Shown one piece after another: positions 25,858 to 35,454 of a DNA stretch of 64,000 nucleotides. The stretch's first letter is position 1; each line of letters starts with the position of its first letter. Location: positions 1 to 64,000 of the IMG/VR virus record IMGVR_UViG_3300044701_000569, one strand, 5' to 3'. The position numbers and the translations under genes are program-made. The notes under the pieces were generated by a model. That model was not told where the DNA came from and did no database searches. It worked only from the letters and a program-made list of their open reading frames with translations.

Positions 25858-26197
25858 CGTTGACCCAGGCCTGTTGACTGGTCAGCTCTATGTCCAGTTC
25901 TGTTTTCAGCCACTGCTGTGCTTCTAGGCTGGCACTAAGTCCCCAGAATATTTTCCAAGTTTCTAGTCTAGCGCAACTGGTGCAGGGAACCACAGCATAA
26001 AATTCTGCATAAGGATCCTGTGCAGCATACACACCTACTACGCCTGATTCGTAGTAGATCACTTCCCATACAGCCACATCCGCGGGCTGCATACGCTGTA
26101 CATAGTGCCATTCCTGTGGGTCGTTTTGAGGTGCTGGGACTGTGGCTATTTCCCATTGACTGGCTAGTATGTTCTGTGTTATAGTGCAGGAGTTCAC
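25844..26197 (-). CDS. Hypothetical protein, paralog of 29224-29652
   Basis: Shared D...WEV....SG..GVYAA..PYAEFY and F.G..A motifs. Confidence 0.65.
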   Translation of the reverse strand: MNSCTITQNILASQWEIATVPAPQNDPQEWHYVQRMQPADVAVWEVIYYESGVVGVYAAQDPYAEFYAVVPCTSCARLETWKIFWGLSASLEAQQWLKTELDIELTSQQAWVNVIAI

Positions 26198-26268
26198 AGT
26201 GTATTTAACTAGCCACATCCTGTGAATCCAAAAATAGAGGTTCATAAATATTTTTCTAGAGGACAGAT

Positions 26269-26895
26269 ATGGCGACAATGATAAATGGGTTCTTTCCTGG
26301 AGAACTAAAACCCAGTGCTACAGTAGCAGGCTGCATAGAGATATTTGAATCAGCTTGGCCTGAGCCACAGCAGACTATTACTAGGGTAGAACAGGAAGTA
26401 CAGCGAATAGACAGCTCTGTTTACTGGCAGAGAGCCACTACTATAGGTCAGGGCACTGATCAAAACATACGCACCAATTATATGCTGGCTATAACAGAGC
26501 TAGCACGTACAGAAAACAATGCTCTACTACAAAACATACACAACCAATTTAACATGCTGCTATTGGCCACAACTGTTGGTTATGCACAGAGGCACGGACT
26601 TGAAACTGCAATGTGGCATGAGCCCTATGGATTACTCAAGTACAGTGGCGGAGAACAGTACAAGGCACACTACGACGGTGCCAGTGAAACGGGTAGAGCA
26701 GTGAGTGCTATTACCTATCTCAACAGCAACTACGTGGGAGGAGAGCTAGAGTTTCCAAACTTCCGTGTTAAAATTAAACCTGAACCAGGCATGCTGATTT
26801 TATTCCCTAGCAACTTTGCTTATCAGCACATAGCACACCCTGTAACAGAAGGTACCAAGTATGCGTTAGTAACTTGGCTCAAGGACCGGCAATGA
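26269..26895 (+). CDS. 2OG-Fe(II) oxygenase (prolyl-4-hydroxylase-like)
   Basis: LLKY..G..YKAHYD, YLN..Y.GGELEF, LFPSNFAYQH, VTEGTKY. Confidence 0.88.
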   Translation: MATMINGFFPGELKPSATVAGCIEIFESAWPEPQQTITRVEQEVQRIDSSVYWQRATTIGQGTDQNIRTNYMLAITELARTENNALLQNIHNQFNMLLLATTVGYAQRHGLETAMWHEPYGLLKYSGGEQYKAHYDGASETGRAVSAITYLNSNYVGGELEFPNFRVKIKPEPGMLILFPSNFAYQHIAHPVTEGTKYALVTWLKDRQ

Positions 26896-27503
26896 CAGCT
26901 GAACAATTCAAACTTAACGGATATACTCTAGTTACAGGTGCTGTGTCGCCCGAACTGAGAGATTTTGTAACACAGTACGCATTGTTTGATGAAATGCAGA
27001 ATCAACACACACGAGGTGATGATCAAGTACCTGCTGCACACTCCAAGTATGCCGATCCTGCTATGGAAGCACTACTGGTACACTTACTGCCATTGATGCA
27101 GGACAGCACAGGATTAGCACTAATACCTACCTATTCCTACTATAGGGTATATCGCACAGGGGACATACTAGAACAGCATCAGGATCGAAACAGTTGTGAG
27201 ATCAGTGCTACAGTGTGTTTTAACTTTGACTATGATCCTTTAGAATACACATGGCCCATTTATATGGCTGGCAATGCTGTAGTGCAACAACCAGGAGATA
27301 TGGTGGTCTATCGAGGCTGTGATCTAGTGCATTGGAGAGATAGGTTTAATTCACCGCAGACTGCTTGGCAGGTACAGGGATTCTTTCACTATGTGGATGC
27401 TAACGGCCCTTACGCAGAAGAGTGTAGATTTGACGGAAGACAGTCCATAGGCGAACCTAAGACAGTGTCTAAACCTAACAAGAGCTACATTATCTACACA
27501 TGA
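26892..27503 (+). CDS. 2OG-Fe(II) oxygenase-like protein
   Basis: PTYSYYRVY..GD.L..H.DR.SCEISAT, GD..VY.GC...HWR, Q.FFHY. Confidence 0.8.
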   Translation: MTAEQFKLNGYTLVTGAVSPELRDFVTQYALFDEMQNQHTRGDDQVPAAHSKYADPAMEALLVHLLPLMQDSTGLALIPTYSYYRVYRTGDILEQHQDRNSCEISATVCFNFDYDPLEYTWPIYMAGNAVVQQPGDMVVYRGCDLVHWRDRFNSPQTAWQVQGFFHYVDANGPYAEECRFDGRQSIGEPKTVSKPNKSYIIYT

Positions 27504-28105
27504 TTGAAAGTTGGTTTCCTACACTGATCTACAGTTTAAGCCTAGACAGTCTTAACAGGCTCAACGCAGAGTTAGCTCGCACAGCCTATAATATCAAACA
27601 GCAGCAGCCTGACACCAATACCGATTGGCGCTGTGATACCTACAATACCATAGGCGCTTATGATGCTGTAAAGAATTCTACACCCGAAGTTAGTCTACTG
27701 ATTAGCGAATGCTCACAACAGGTGTTTGATTTTGCTAGGGTATATGGCATCACTGATGGTAAAGCTGTGTGCAAAGACTTTTGGTTTAATATTGCACCTC
27801 CGGGCAGTTATCAAGAATATCATCAGCATGCCGGCTCGCACTTTAGTCTAGTCTACTATGTCCAAACAGCAACTAACTGTGGTAATACAGTGTTTCGCAG
27901 TCCTGAGTCTGCAACAGACATGTATCCTTTACTTATTAAACCCAACGAACAGTCTGCATCAAATTATAAGACCTGTTTCTACACCCCTAGTAACAGTAAG
28001 CTACTGATATTTAGAAGCAACTTGCTGCACATGGTTGAAAAGAATCTCAGCACAACAGATAGGATCAGCATCAGTATGAATTTTGATATAGTGAGAGAAC
28101 TATGA
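27500..28105 (+). CDS. 2OG-Fe(II) oxygenase-like protein (TIGR02466-like)
   Basis: WFNI, HQH, S.VYYV, IF.S.L.H.V..N....RISISMN. Confidence 0.8.
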   Translation: MIESWFPTLIYSLSLDSLNRLNAELARTAYNIKQQQPDTNTDWRCDTYNTIGAYDAVKNSTPEVSLLISECSQQVFDFARVYGITDGKAVCKDFWFNIAPPGSYQEYHQHAGSHFSLVYYVQTATNCGNTVFRSPESATDMYPLLIKPNEQSASNYKTCFYTPSNSKLLIFRSNLLHMVEKNLSTTDRISISMNFDIVREL

Positions 28106-28611
28106 AGATTATTGATAATTTTTTAACCAAAGAAGAATGGTTTAAACTATTTGATACCATGCTCACAGCTAACTTTCCTTGGTACCTTAATAGTTCTAAG
28201 GTAGGTAAACACTACGGGGATGATATTGGTCTACACGATTATCAGTTTACCCATACTTTCTATAGCGACTTTGCTGTAAGAAGTCAATTTGGTTCATTGA
28301 TTGAACCTGCGTTGGTTAAACTGAATCCCAGTGCTATAGTTAGAGTTAAGGCTAACCTTACTCCGTGTAGTCAACAGATAGAACAGTTTCCTATGCACAG
28401 AGACTTTGAAAACTTTCAAGGACAAACTGCAATATTCTATCTAAACACTAACAATGGATACACTGTGTTTAAAGACGGCACACGAGTTGATTCTGTTGCT
28501 AATCGTTGTGTAATATTTGATTCGCAGTTAGAGCATACTGGAACTACCTGTACAGATCAACGTGTTAGATCAGTTATTAACTTCAATTACTACCCATGGA
28601 CAGAACAATGA
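28102..28611 (+). CDS. 2OG-Fe(II) oxygenase-like protein
   Basis: FPWY, RVKANL, MHRD, YLNTNNGYT, EHTGTTCTD..R.VINFNY. Confidence 0.8.
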   Translation: MKIIDNFLTKEEWFKLFDTMLTANFPWYLNSSKVGKHYGDDIGLHDYQFTHTFYSDFAVRSQFGSLIEPALVKLNPSAIVRVKANLTPCSQQIEQFPMHRDFENFQGQTAIFYLNTNNGYTVFKDGTRVDSVANRCVIFDSQLEHTGTTCTDQRVRSVINFNYYPWTEQ

Positions 28612-29243
28612 ATCAGCTGTTTGGGCTTCCTTATTCTAAATTTAGAATCGATCCTGCTCTGTATAACAAACAACAGATTGTAGATTCTATTGAAAGTAAT
28701 TATAAGATAGACAGTGCAAGAAACAACTGGGATGCAGACGAGGTGTATTCTAGTAGACTGCATCAGTCTGTGAATGATTTTAATAATGAAAAATTTTCTG
28801 CTGTTGATTTTTCAACAGTGATTCCACTCTATCAAAACTATATACAGGACTTCTTTAATCAATTGGATTTGTTAGAATACGCTACCTATCGTTTTAGGAT
28901 AGTAAATTATACCTGTATGAGCAGTGGGCAATTTCTAAAAGAACACACTCACGGTAGTGACTTTTCTGCTGTACATTACATCAATTATGACTCTGCTGTT
29001 CATCCGCCAACCTGTTTTGTTAACGGTAATGGTTATTCATCTTACATAGCAGCAGTAATGCCCAAACTGAATAAATTATTAAATCCGTCTAACGCAGATA
29101 ATTCTTGGGCATTTAAACATTTTTCAATTCCAGTAGCCGAAGATGATTTTGTTATTGTGCCAGGTTCACTAGAGCATCTAGTGCCGCAGTTTGATTCAAA
29201 CAGTCTAAGAATGACTGTGATTGTTAATATTGATCTTGATTAG
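28596..29243 (+). CDS. 2OG-Fe(II) oxygenase-like protein
   Basis: HTH, FSAVHYI, P..LEH.V, R.TVIVN. Confidence 0.6.
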   Translation: MDRTMNQLFGLPYSKFRIDPALYNKQQIVDSIESNYKIDSARNNWDADEVYSSRLHQSVNDFNNEKFSAVDFSTVIPLYQNYIQDFFNQLDLLEYATYRFRIVNYTCMSSGQFLKEHTHGSDFSAVHYINYDSAVHPPTCFVNGNGYSSYIAAVMPKLNKLLNPSNADNSWAFKHFSIPVAEDDFVIVPGSLEHLVPQFDSNSLRMTVIVNIDLD

Positions 29244-29652
29244 ATTTTTGATAAAGCCATAGATCTTTATCATCTACCCATGTGTTGTATACGGCTAGAT
29301 TTAATCCTAATTCTTTTGCTCGCTTAAAAACTTTTTGTTGTGCGCCGGGGCCATAAAAAGTTTCAATCTTTCTTTCGTCTACATATCTGTACTGTATACT
29401 GCCTGGTACCATTCCCACAGTTAACATATAAAATTCTGCATAAGGAAGCCAAGCAGCATAAACTCCTAGGCCTCCGCTGCCTTCTGCTAACACTTCCCAA
29501 ATGTCGATGTCGTTAGTAGTTAGAGGACGTTTGTAATCCCATTCTTTGTTGGGAGGTAAAATATCTATATTGTAGTTTAGTTTTTCAACCGGATTTAGTT
29601 CATCTTCATCCGGTTTGAATAGAATATTATGTGTAGTTTTGAATATTGGCAT
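29224..29652 (-). CDS. Hypothetical protein, paralog of 25844-26197
   Basis: DIWEVL.E.SGG.GVYAAW.PYAEFY. Confidence 0.7.
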   Translation of the reverse strand: MPIFKTTHNILFKPDEDELNPVEKLNYNIDILPPNKEWDYKRPLTTNDIDIWEVLAEGSGGLGVYAAWLPYAEFYMLTVGMVPGSIQYRYVDERKIETFYGPGAQQKVFKRAKELGLNLAVYNTWVDDKDLWLYQKSNQDQY

Positions 29653-30572
29653 TAGTCTAGATATCTAACAATTACAATTCCAGGACCACCTGCTCCGCTG
29701 TATCCGGCACCACTTCCGCCTGCGCCGGATATGCCGCCACCGCCGCCACCAGTGTTATTAGTCCCAGCAGTTCCGTCTCTTGGTGCGGAATTAGGTGAAG
29801 CCGGGCCACCGCCACCTGATCCGCCTGGCCATCCTTGAGGTATGCCTTGACGCGAGCCACCACCACCGCCACCACCACCGGCATATGCGCTGCCAGTTCC
29901 TGGCCAAGTTGTGCCAGCTCCTCCTGTTCCTGATGAACCATAACTGCCGCCAGATCCGCCAGATCCACCACCTCCACCGCCCCATCCACTAGAGCTGCCA
30001 CCGCCTGATCCTCCGGGGTTGCCTTGTCCGGGAGAGCCGCCGCCGGGACTTGAGTTATTAGTACCACTTCCGCCTCCTGATCCTCCAGGATTACCACCAG
30101 ACGTATAGTAGGCGCCGCCACCACCGCCAGTACTTGAAGTTGAATCAAAACTAGATGCAGAGCCGTCGCCACCACTGCCTGTTCCAACTGCATAAACATT
30201 GGCGCCGCCGCCACCTGTTACTGTTGGGTATGTACCCACACCTTGACTAGCTAAAGAACCTGTTCTATAACCCCCGGCTCCGCCTCCACCACCTGAGCCG
30301 CCGTCGTTCATCTCGCCACCACCGCCACCACCGCCTGCAACAACTAAGAATTCAAGATTTAATGCAGTTTGTAGTTTCATTAGGTCTGCGCCAGCATATT
30401 TTGATTTAAGCTGTATGTTTAACGCACTTTCGCCTACAGTAGTAAATGCATGAAATTTATAACCACCTGCGGTATAAATGACGTCACCGCCTGTTATATC
30501 AAACACATCTGATGGCTTTAGGTCTGACTTTGGAAGTTTGTGATTTTTTCTTATACTGCTAATAAATGGCAT
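29652..30572 (-). CDS. Glycine-rich virion/tail-associated protein
   Basis: EFLVVAGGGGGG...GGPGIVIVRY glycine-rich domain. Confidence 0.75.
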   Translation of the reverse strand: MPFISSIRKNHKLPKSDLKPSDVFDITGGDVIYTAGGYKFHAFTTVGESALNIQLKSKYAGADLMKLQTALNLEFLVVAGGGGGGGEMNDGGSGGGGGAGGYRTGSLASQGVGTYPTVTGGGGANVYAVGTGSGGDGSASSFDSTSSTGGGGGAYYTSGGNPGGSGGGSGTNNSSPGGGSPGQGNPGGSGGGSSSGWGGGGGGSGGSGGSYGSSGTGGAGTTWPGTGSAYAGGGGGGGGSRQGIPQGWPGGSGGGGPASPNSAPRDGTAGTNNTGGGGGGISGAGGSGAGYSGAGGPGIVIVRYLD

Positions 30573-30581
30573 AATCTGTCC

Positions 30582-31322
30582 TTATGAAACATTGCTAATT
30601 GTAAATGTGCCAGCACCTACAGTTGTAAATGAGTGAGTCTTATATCCACCTGCTGTAGCTACAGTTCCGCCTGATCCTGTTACATAAGCAACCGGTACTG
30701 TGACGTTAAAAGAAAATGCTTGGTCAGCAAAATTTCCAGCAGGATCTGTTGCCCTAACAGTAAAGCTAATTGCAGTACTAGGTGCGGTATAGCCATTAGG
30801 AGTACCTGACAGTAGACCAGCTGATGATAGTGTTAGTCCTGTAGGAAGAGTACCGGTTTGTCTAGCAAAGGTAATAGAATTATCACCACTGTCTGCCTGT
30901 AGTTGAATACTAACTGGCGTTCCGTTAACCATGCTAGATATAGAAGCTGTATTCCATATAGGCGCTACAGTGTCAGAAAGAAGTGTGATTGGGGTAAACG
31001 ATACTGCTGTTCCTATTTCATATCCGTATACTACAGCTGACACTCTGCCTACTGAACTACGTACTGTTAGGTACTGTCCAGCAGGTATTACAATACCATT
31101 TTTTTGAAAAGACTTGTTAGGTTCTACAAAATAATCATAAACAATGTAATCAGTATCATCAACTGTTGATTCACTGCTGGTTAAAGCAATTCTTACCAAT
31201 GCTCCTATGTTACCTCTGTTAGCAAAGCTAACTGTTACTGTAGAATACTGATTGGTACCAGGTCGATAAATCGACTGGTTTACCCCTCCAACTAAATCAT
31301 AAGCTGCTAATCTGCCGTGCAT
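30582..31322 (-). CDS. Virion protein with putative Ig-like (He_PIG-type) domain
   Basis: GTLPTGLTLSSAGLLSGTP...FTVRATD. Confidence 0.75.
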   Translation of the reverse strand: MHGRLAAYDLVGGVNQSIYRPGTNQYSTVTVSFANRGNIGALVRIALTSSESTVDDTDYIVYDYFVEPNKSFQKNGIVIPAGQYLTVRSSVGRVSAVVYGYEIGTAVSFTPITLLSDTVAPIWNTASISSMVNGTPVSIQLQADSGDNSITFARQTGTLPTGLTLSSAGLLSGTPNGYTAPSTAISFTVRATDPAGNFADQAFSFNVTVPVAYVTGSGGTVATAGGYKTHSFTTVGAGTFTISNVS

Positions 31323-31371
31323 AATAAATCCCGTTATCTAGCGTTTTTATTATTTATCGTCTAACAACCTT

Positions 31372-31842
31372 TTAGGTTATTTCAACAAATCGCTTTACAA
31401 CGTGAGTATAATCAAAATTTTGACAGTCTTTGTGCTTTTGCAGCAGAACAGCGCCGTTCTTTATGTGAAACCGTTCAGCCATTTCTGTAAGCGGGCTAAG
31501 TGTGACCCACCTTTCTAAAAATTCGTTAGTGTCTCGCAGATGTGCTGCAATTTGATTTAAAAGAGTTCTGCCAGCACCAGCAGTATAACTCCAAATAGTA
31601 TAAAATACTGCTGTATTTTTTATTGTATCAGGTGTTGAGCTAAAGAGTTCTAGATCATCTTCAGAGGAAGGAATACTGTTAGTATATGCAACACAAATAA
31701 CACCATCGATAGATCCTGTAGTGTCATTTTCCCACACCCATATTTCACGGCCATAACTAGTTCGCCATTCATAAGAAAATCTAGGACGAACAGGATCGTC
31801 CTTAACTAAAATAGATTCGTGTTTGTGCATTTGTCTTAACAT
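31372..31842 (-). CDS. Hypothetical protein (GNAT-like features)
   Basis: DDPVRP, FYTIWSY..GAGR.L, TLSP.TEMA..FH.KNGA. Confidence 0.6.
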   Translation of the reverse strand: MLRQMHKHESILVKDDPVRPRFSYEWRTSYGREIWVWENDTTGSIDGVICVAYTNSIPSSEDDLELFSSTPDTIKNTAVFYTIWSYTAGAGRTLLNQIAAHLRDTNEFLERWVTLSPLTEMAERFHIKNGAVLLQKHKDCQNFDYTHVVKRFVEIT

Positions 31843-31900
31843 ATTGCTACCCTTGTCTGATATTTAGTTACAAAGGTTATAATATGCTAAGATAATGATT

Positions 31901-33337
31901 TTATTCAGTACCTAAATTGTTTAGGAATTGTCGCAGTTTAGTTGAATCAGTCTCTGCTCGAATTTTGCCTAGTCCTGATCCTTCTGTAGGATCTTCTCTA
32001 GGTGTGTCGGGTGCAGTAGGCGTAGAACTACGCTTGAGTGCATTTACAATAGAACTAGCAGAAGAAGCCCCTGCACTAGCATAGCCTGAATCTTCCTGTT
32101 CTTCGCAATCAGTAATCCTCAGTGTGTCAATATTAAATTCTAGATCAACCTTCATGCCCACACCTGAACTCGAACGTGTCTTCATCAGCTGTAGTTGATA
32201 TCGTCCACGCTCACGCATAGCTCGCGATGTAAAGATACCAAACACGTTATCCGCTGTTTGAATCTTACTCAAACCGCCTGAAATGTGACTGTGATCAAAT
32301 TCAATCTCTTCCACTGACGCTCTGTTCAACTGACTTGCTGTAACAAATACTGTATTCAATTCCATGGCTAAGTTACGCAGTTCTTCACTCACATACTTGT
32401 CTTTGATAAACAGATTTTCTGCACTGACCTTAACTGAACTAGGCATCATAAGATCCAAATAGTCAATCAACAGTACATCAACTCTGCGTCCTGTTTTAAT
32501 TTCATATTCTTTTACAAAGGATCTTAGATCATTAGCAGTCTTACCTGTGGGCATATACTTGACCTGTAGTGCGCCACTCTTCTTGCCAATCATTCTTACT
32601 TTAAGTTCAACGTCGTCAATGCTCTTAAAAACTTCTCTAGTAGGAATCTCTGTAACCATTGAGTCTATACGCATACTAACTAGATTCTCTGAAAGCTCAA
32701 AAGTTAGATACAATACGTTAAGTCCTTGCAGTGCCCAGTTAACACCTAGGTTAGCCAAGAACAATGATTTACCTGCACCTGATCCGCCTGCAAAGATATT
32801 CAACTCACCTCTGTTGAATCCACCAAACAGTTTCTTGTCAAGGCTGGCCCAGCCTGTGCTAACCTGTCCGTTCTTGTCTTTGATAGCTTCTAGTCTTAGT
32901 CTAGGATTAGCAAAGTAATCTGTGCCTAGATCTTTTTGAAGTCCAATCTGTACAGCTCGCTTAACTAGGTCTTCTACAGGACCGTACTCGCCTTTTTCTA
33001 GTAGGTCTGCGCTCTTTAGGATCGCTGCCTCTAGAGCCTTGTGTCTAGCAAATGTTTCAAATTCTAGTAGTAGCCAATCATAGTGTTCTTCTCTTAGATC
33101 GCCAGGACTTTTTAGATCTCCTTTGGCTGCTGCGTTCACCATGTCAAGTGTAGGCATGGTATTGTGATCTGTTACGTAGTCGTTGATAAATTTTGCCGCA
33201 GACTGTAGTCTTCTATCAAAGTACTCAGGAAGAAACACAGTTTGACAGCGCACAAAAGACTCTGCATCTGTGAGCATCATTTCTAGATATACCTTCTGTA
33301 TATCATATCCGTAGTCTGTGTTTTGTCTTGTAGTCAT
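31901..33337 (-). CDS. Replicative DnaB-like helicase (T4 gp41-like)
   Basis: Walker A GGSGAGKS, LTFELSE, IDYLDLM, TASQLNR, KTR. Confidence 0.92.
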   Translation of the reverse strand: MTTRQNTDYGYDIQKVYLEMMLTDAESFVRCQTVFLPEYFDRRLQSAAKFINDYVTDHNTMPTLDMVNAAAKGDLKSPGDLREEHYDWLLLEFETFARHKALEAAILKSADLLEKGEYGPVEDLVKRAVQIGLQKDLGTDYFANPRLRLEAIKDKNGQVSTGWASLDKKLFGGFNRGELNIFAGGSGAGKSLFLANLGVNWALQGLNVLYLTFELSENLVSMRIDSMVTEIPTREVFKSIDDVELKVRMIGKKSGALQVKYMPTGKTANDLRSFVKEYEIKTGRRVDVLLIDYLDLMMPSSVKVSAENLFIKDKYVSEELRNLAMELNTVFVTASQLNRASVEEIEFDHSHISGGLSKIQTADNVFGIFTSRAMRERGRYQLQLMKTRSSSGVGMKVDLEFNIDTLRITDCEEQEDSGYASAGASSASSIVNALKRSSTPTAPDTPREDPTEGSGLGKIRAETDSTKLRQFLNNLGTE

Positions 33338-33345
33338 ACTTTATA

Positions 33346-34329
33346 TTATACCTTCTTATACCATGCTTTGTCAATGTTATCTATTCGCTGACGTGTTTGC
33401 GCCAATACTCCGCCTACACAGCTACCAGGATCTCCAGGATTTGGCGGCACCCAAACTGTCTGCCATTGATTCCTGATAAGATCCACAGCCTGTTTATTAA
33501 GGGCACCGCCTCCGGCAAGTGCTAAATGATCCATGCCCGTCTGCACTTTAGTCCATATGCTTAGAGTTGCAAGACAGTATTCAAACACTGCCTGTGTAGC
33601 TGCTGCAATGTCATAAAGATCCTGCCTTGATGACAGTTCAGGATGCCACCATTTGCACCCTCTATGCAGATTTTCTCGCATACGTATTTGCTGAGGTTTT
33701 GATTTAGTATGATCAACGTCTATAAGTTCTTTACGTATTAAATGCGATAGACGACCGGGATCTCCCATTTGAGCAGATCGTACAACTAGGTATTCGTCGC
33801 GCTGCGGTACTAGACCTATACGCTGTGTCATAGCACTATAGAAAAGTCCAAGGCTGTGTGGATAGCTCTGACTGTGTATCTTGTGCATACGACCGTTTTC
33901 ACATGCCCAAATAGTAAGACACTCAAACTCTCCAATACTATCTAAACAGATTACAGCACAACGATCATGAGGTTGTGTATAATAAGCATAAGCAGCATGG
34001 CTGGTATGATGCTGTGTATACTTGATAGGAACATGACCTAGATAACTGCAGGCATTTGAAACATACTGCTTGATGTTATTTTCTTTTAGAAGCCAACCTT
34101 GTCCTGCCCAGTACTGTCTAAGTGTTTTTAAAAACGGACGTTCATACCAGACCAATTGATCAGGCATACCCCTTTGCGTCTGAGCCCATTCTATCAAACC
34201 CCAATTAATATCAGGATCATGGTGTATGCCAGAAAACTCTTTAGCTAGTGCAGCACTTACTAATTCGTTATTGTCAAAAATTGCTAGGCTGGCATCATGA
34301 CTGTTTCCTACTAGTCCCCAAGTAATCAT
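33346..34329 (-). CDS. Carbamoyltransferase (NodU/CmcH) N-terminal Kae1-like domain only
   Basis: SHDAS, HHTSHAAYAY, D.IGE, SLGLFYS, AGG.ALN, P.PGD.GS; ends at 327 aa. Confidence 0.8.
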   Translation of the reverse strand: MITWGLVGNSHDASLAIFDNNELVSAALAKEFSGIHHDPDINWGLIEWAQTQRGMPDQLVWYERPFLKTLRQYWAGQGWLLKENNIKQYVSNACSYLGHVPIKYTQHHTSHAAYAYYTQPHDRCAVICLDSIGEFECLTIWACENGRMHKIHSQSYPHSLGLFYSAMTQRIGLVPQRDEYLVVRSAQMGDPGRLSHLIRKELIDVDHTKSKPQQIRMRENLHRGCKWWHPELSSRQDLYDIAAATQAVFEYCLATLSIWTKVQTGMDHLALAGGGALNKQAVDLIRNQWQTVWVPPNPGDPGSCVGGVLAQTRQRIDNIDKAWYKKV

Positions 34330-34448
34330 TTGTATATAAAAGGATCCTGTTCACGTAACTTCTTAAGTTTCTTTTTAAATTCTATCTCATCTCTAATTCT
34401 GTAATAAGGCCACAGAAAAAAGTCTCTAATTTTTTTTAACCAAACCAT
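34326..34448 (-). CDS. 40-aa basic micro-protein ending DPFIYK
   Basis: Fills the gap between primase and carbamoyltransferase with overlapping start/stop. Confidence 0.5.
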   Translation of the reverse strand: MVWLKKIRDFFLWPYYRIRDEIEFKKKLKKLREQDPFIYK

Positions 34449-35419
34449 TTTTTTGCTCCTAATCTAATTTTTAAGGGCGACGATTCCACTGCCCCTACAA
34501 TAGAGTGTAAAGCATACAGCTTTCCGTATTTCTTTACAGCATCGCTGATATCTTTTATATCTTGTTCCCACTTAGGAAAGCTAACACTCCATCCTAGTTC
34601 AATTGCTCGTTCAACTAATTTTGAACCCGCAGCGTCTCTATCTGGAACAACTATTACTTCTCTATTTAATCTATTAATTAGCAGCGCCTGTTGATCTTTG
34701 ATTTCACTGCCCATTAGTGCTACACCGTCTACGTGAATAGCATCAATTGGTCCTTCACAGACTATTACAAATATCTTTTGATATCTTTGCTCATCTAGAT
34801 TAAAAACATAACCTGGTTGTTGTTCGCTAAGATACTTTGGTTGCTTGTCCTTCTGTACAGTTCTAGCAGTCCACCCTACAACTTTACCTTCGTAATAGAA
34901 CGGCACTATTAGTCTGTCTCTATAGCCAAGACTTGGACTCCAATAGAACGGATAGTCTTCAAGATAGAGATTTCTAGATCTCATATACTCAACTACCTGT
35001 TCTAAATGTTTGGTCATATATTCAACACCGTTGATCAGTACAGCATCTTCAGGCAAAGGAACTTCGTTGAATACGGGTATTTCTATTAGACGCTGTTGAA
35101 CTTCAATACCTTCGTTCTCTTGCATTACCTGCAGAGAAATCTTATTGATTAAGTCATCAGGAACATTAATCCAACGCATGAGTTTGCGCATGCCTTTGGA
35201 TACATTGCGTCCAGGTTGCCAACTAGCTTTGAATCCGCAGTTGAAGCAGTGATAGGATATACCTCCGTCACCGTTCGATATCAGTCCGCCGCGCTGTCTT
35301 GTATCTGCTGATTGTCCGTTGTGATGGCAGCAGGGTGCATTGAAGCTGGTCCAGCCGCTCGGCGTGCTCTTCCGCTTAGGCGGAAGATAGGTTAGCAATG
35401 TGTCAGCGACTATACTCAT
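34436..35419 (-). CDS. DNA primase (T4 gp61-like)
   Basis: Zn motif CCHH...HCFNC; TOPRIM CEGPIDA and PDRD; TTGACA-17-TATACT promoter upstream. Confidence 0.88.
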   Translation of the reverse strand: MSIVADTLLTYLPPKRKSTPSGWTSFNAPCCHHNGQSADTRQRGGLISNGDGGISYHCFNCGFKASWQPGRNVSKGMRKLMRWINVPDDLINKISLQVMQENEGIEVQQRLIEIPVFNEVPLPEDAVLINGVEYMTKHLEQVVEYMRSRNLYLEDYPFYWSPSLGYRDRLIVPFYYEGKVVGWTARTVQKDKQPKYLSEQQPGYVFNLDEQRYQKIFVIVCEGPIDAIHVDGVALMGSEIKDQQALLINRLNREVIVVPDRDAAGSKLVERAIELGWSVSFPKWEQDIKDISDAVKKYGKLYALHSIVGAVESSPLKIRLGAKKWFG

Positions 35420-35454
35420 ATTTTAAGTATAGCACCTTAGACGCTAACTGTCAA

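Noticed and set aside
29672-30214. Alternative-frame ORFs over the glycine-rich gene
   Set aside because: Artefact of GGN codon repeats lacking stops in other frames.
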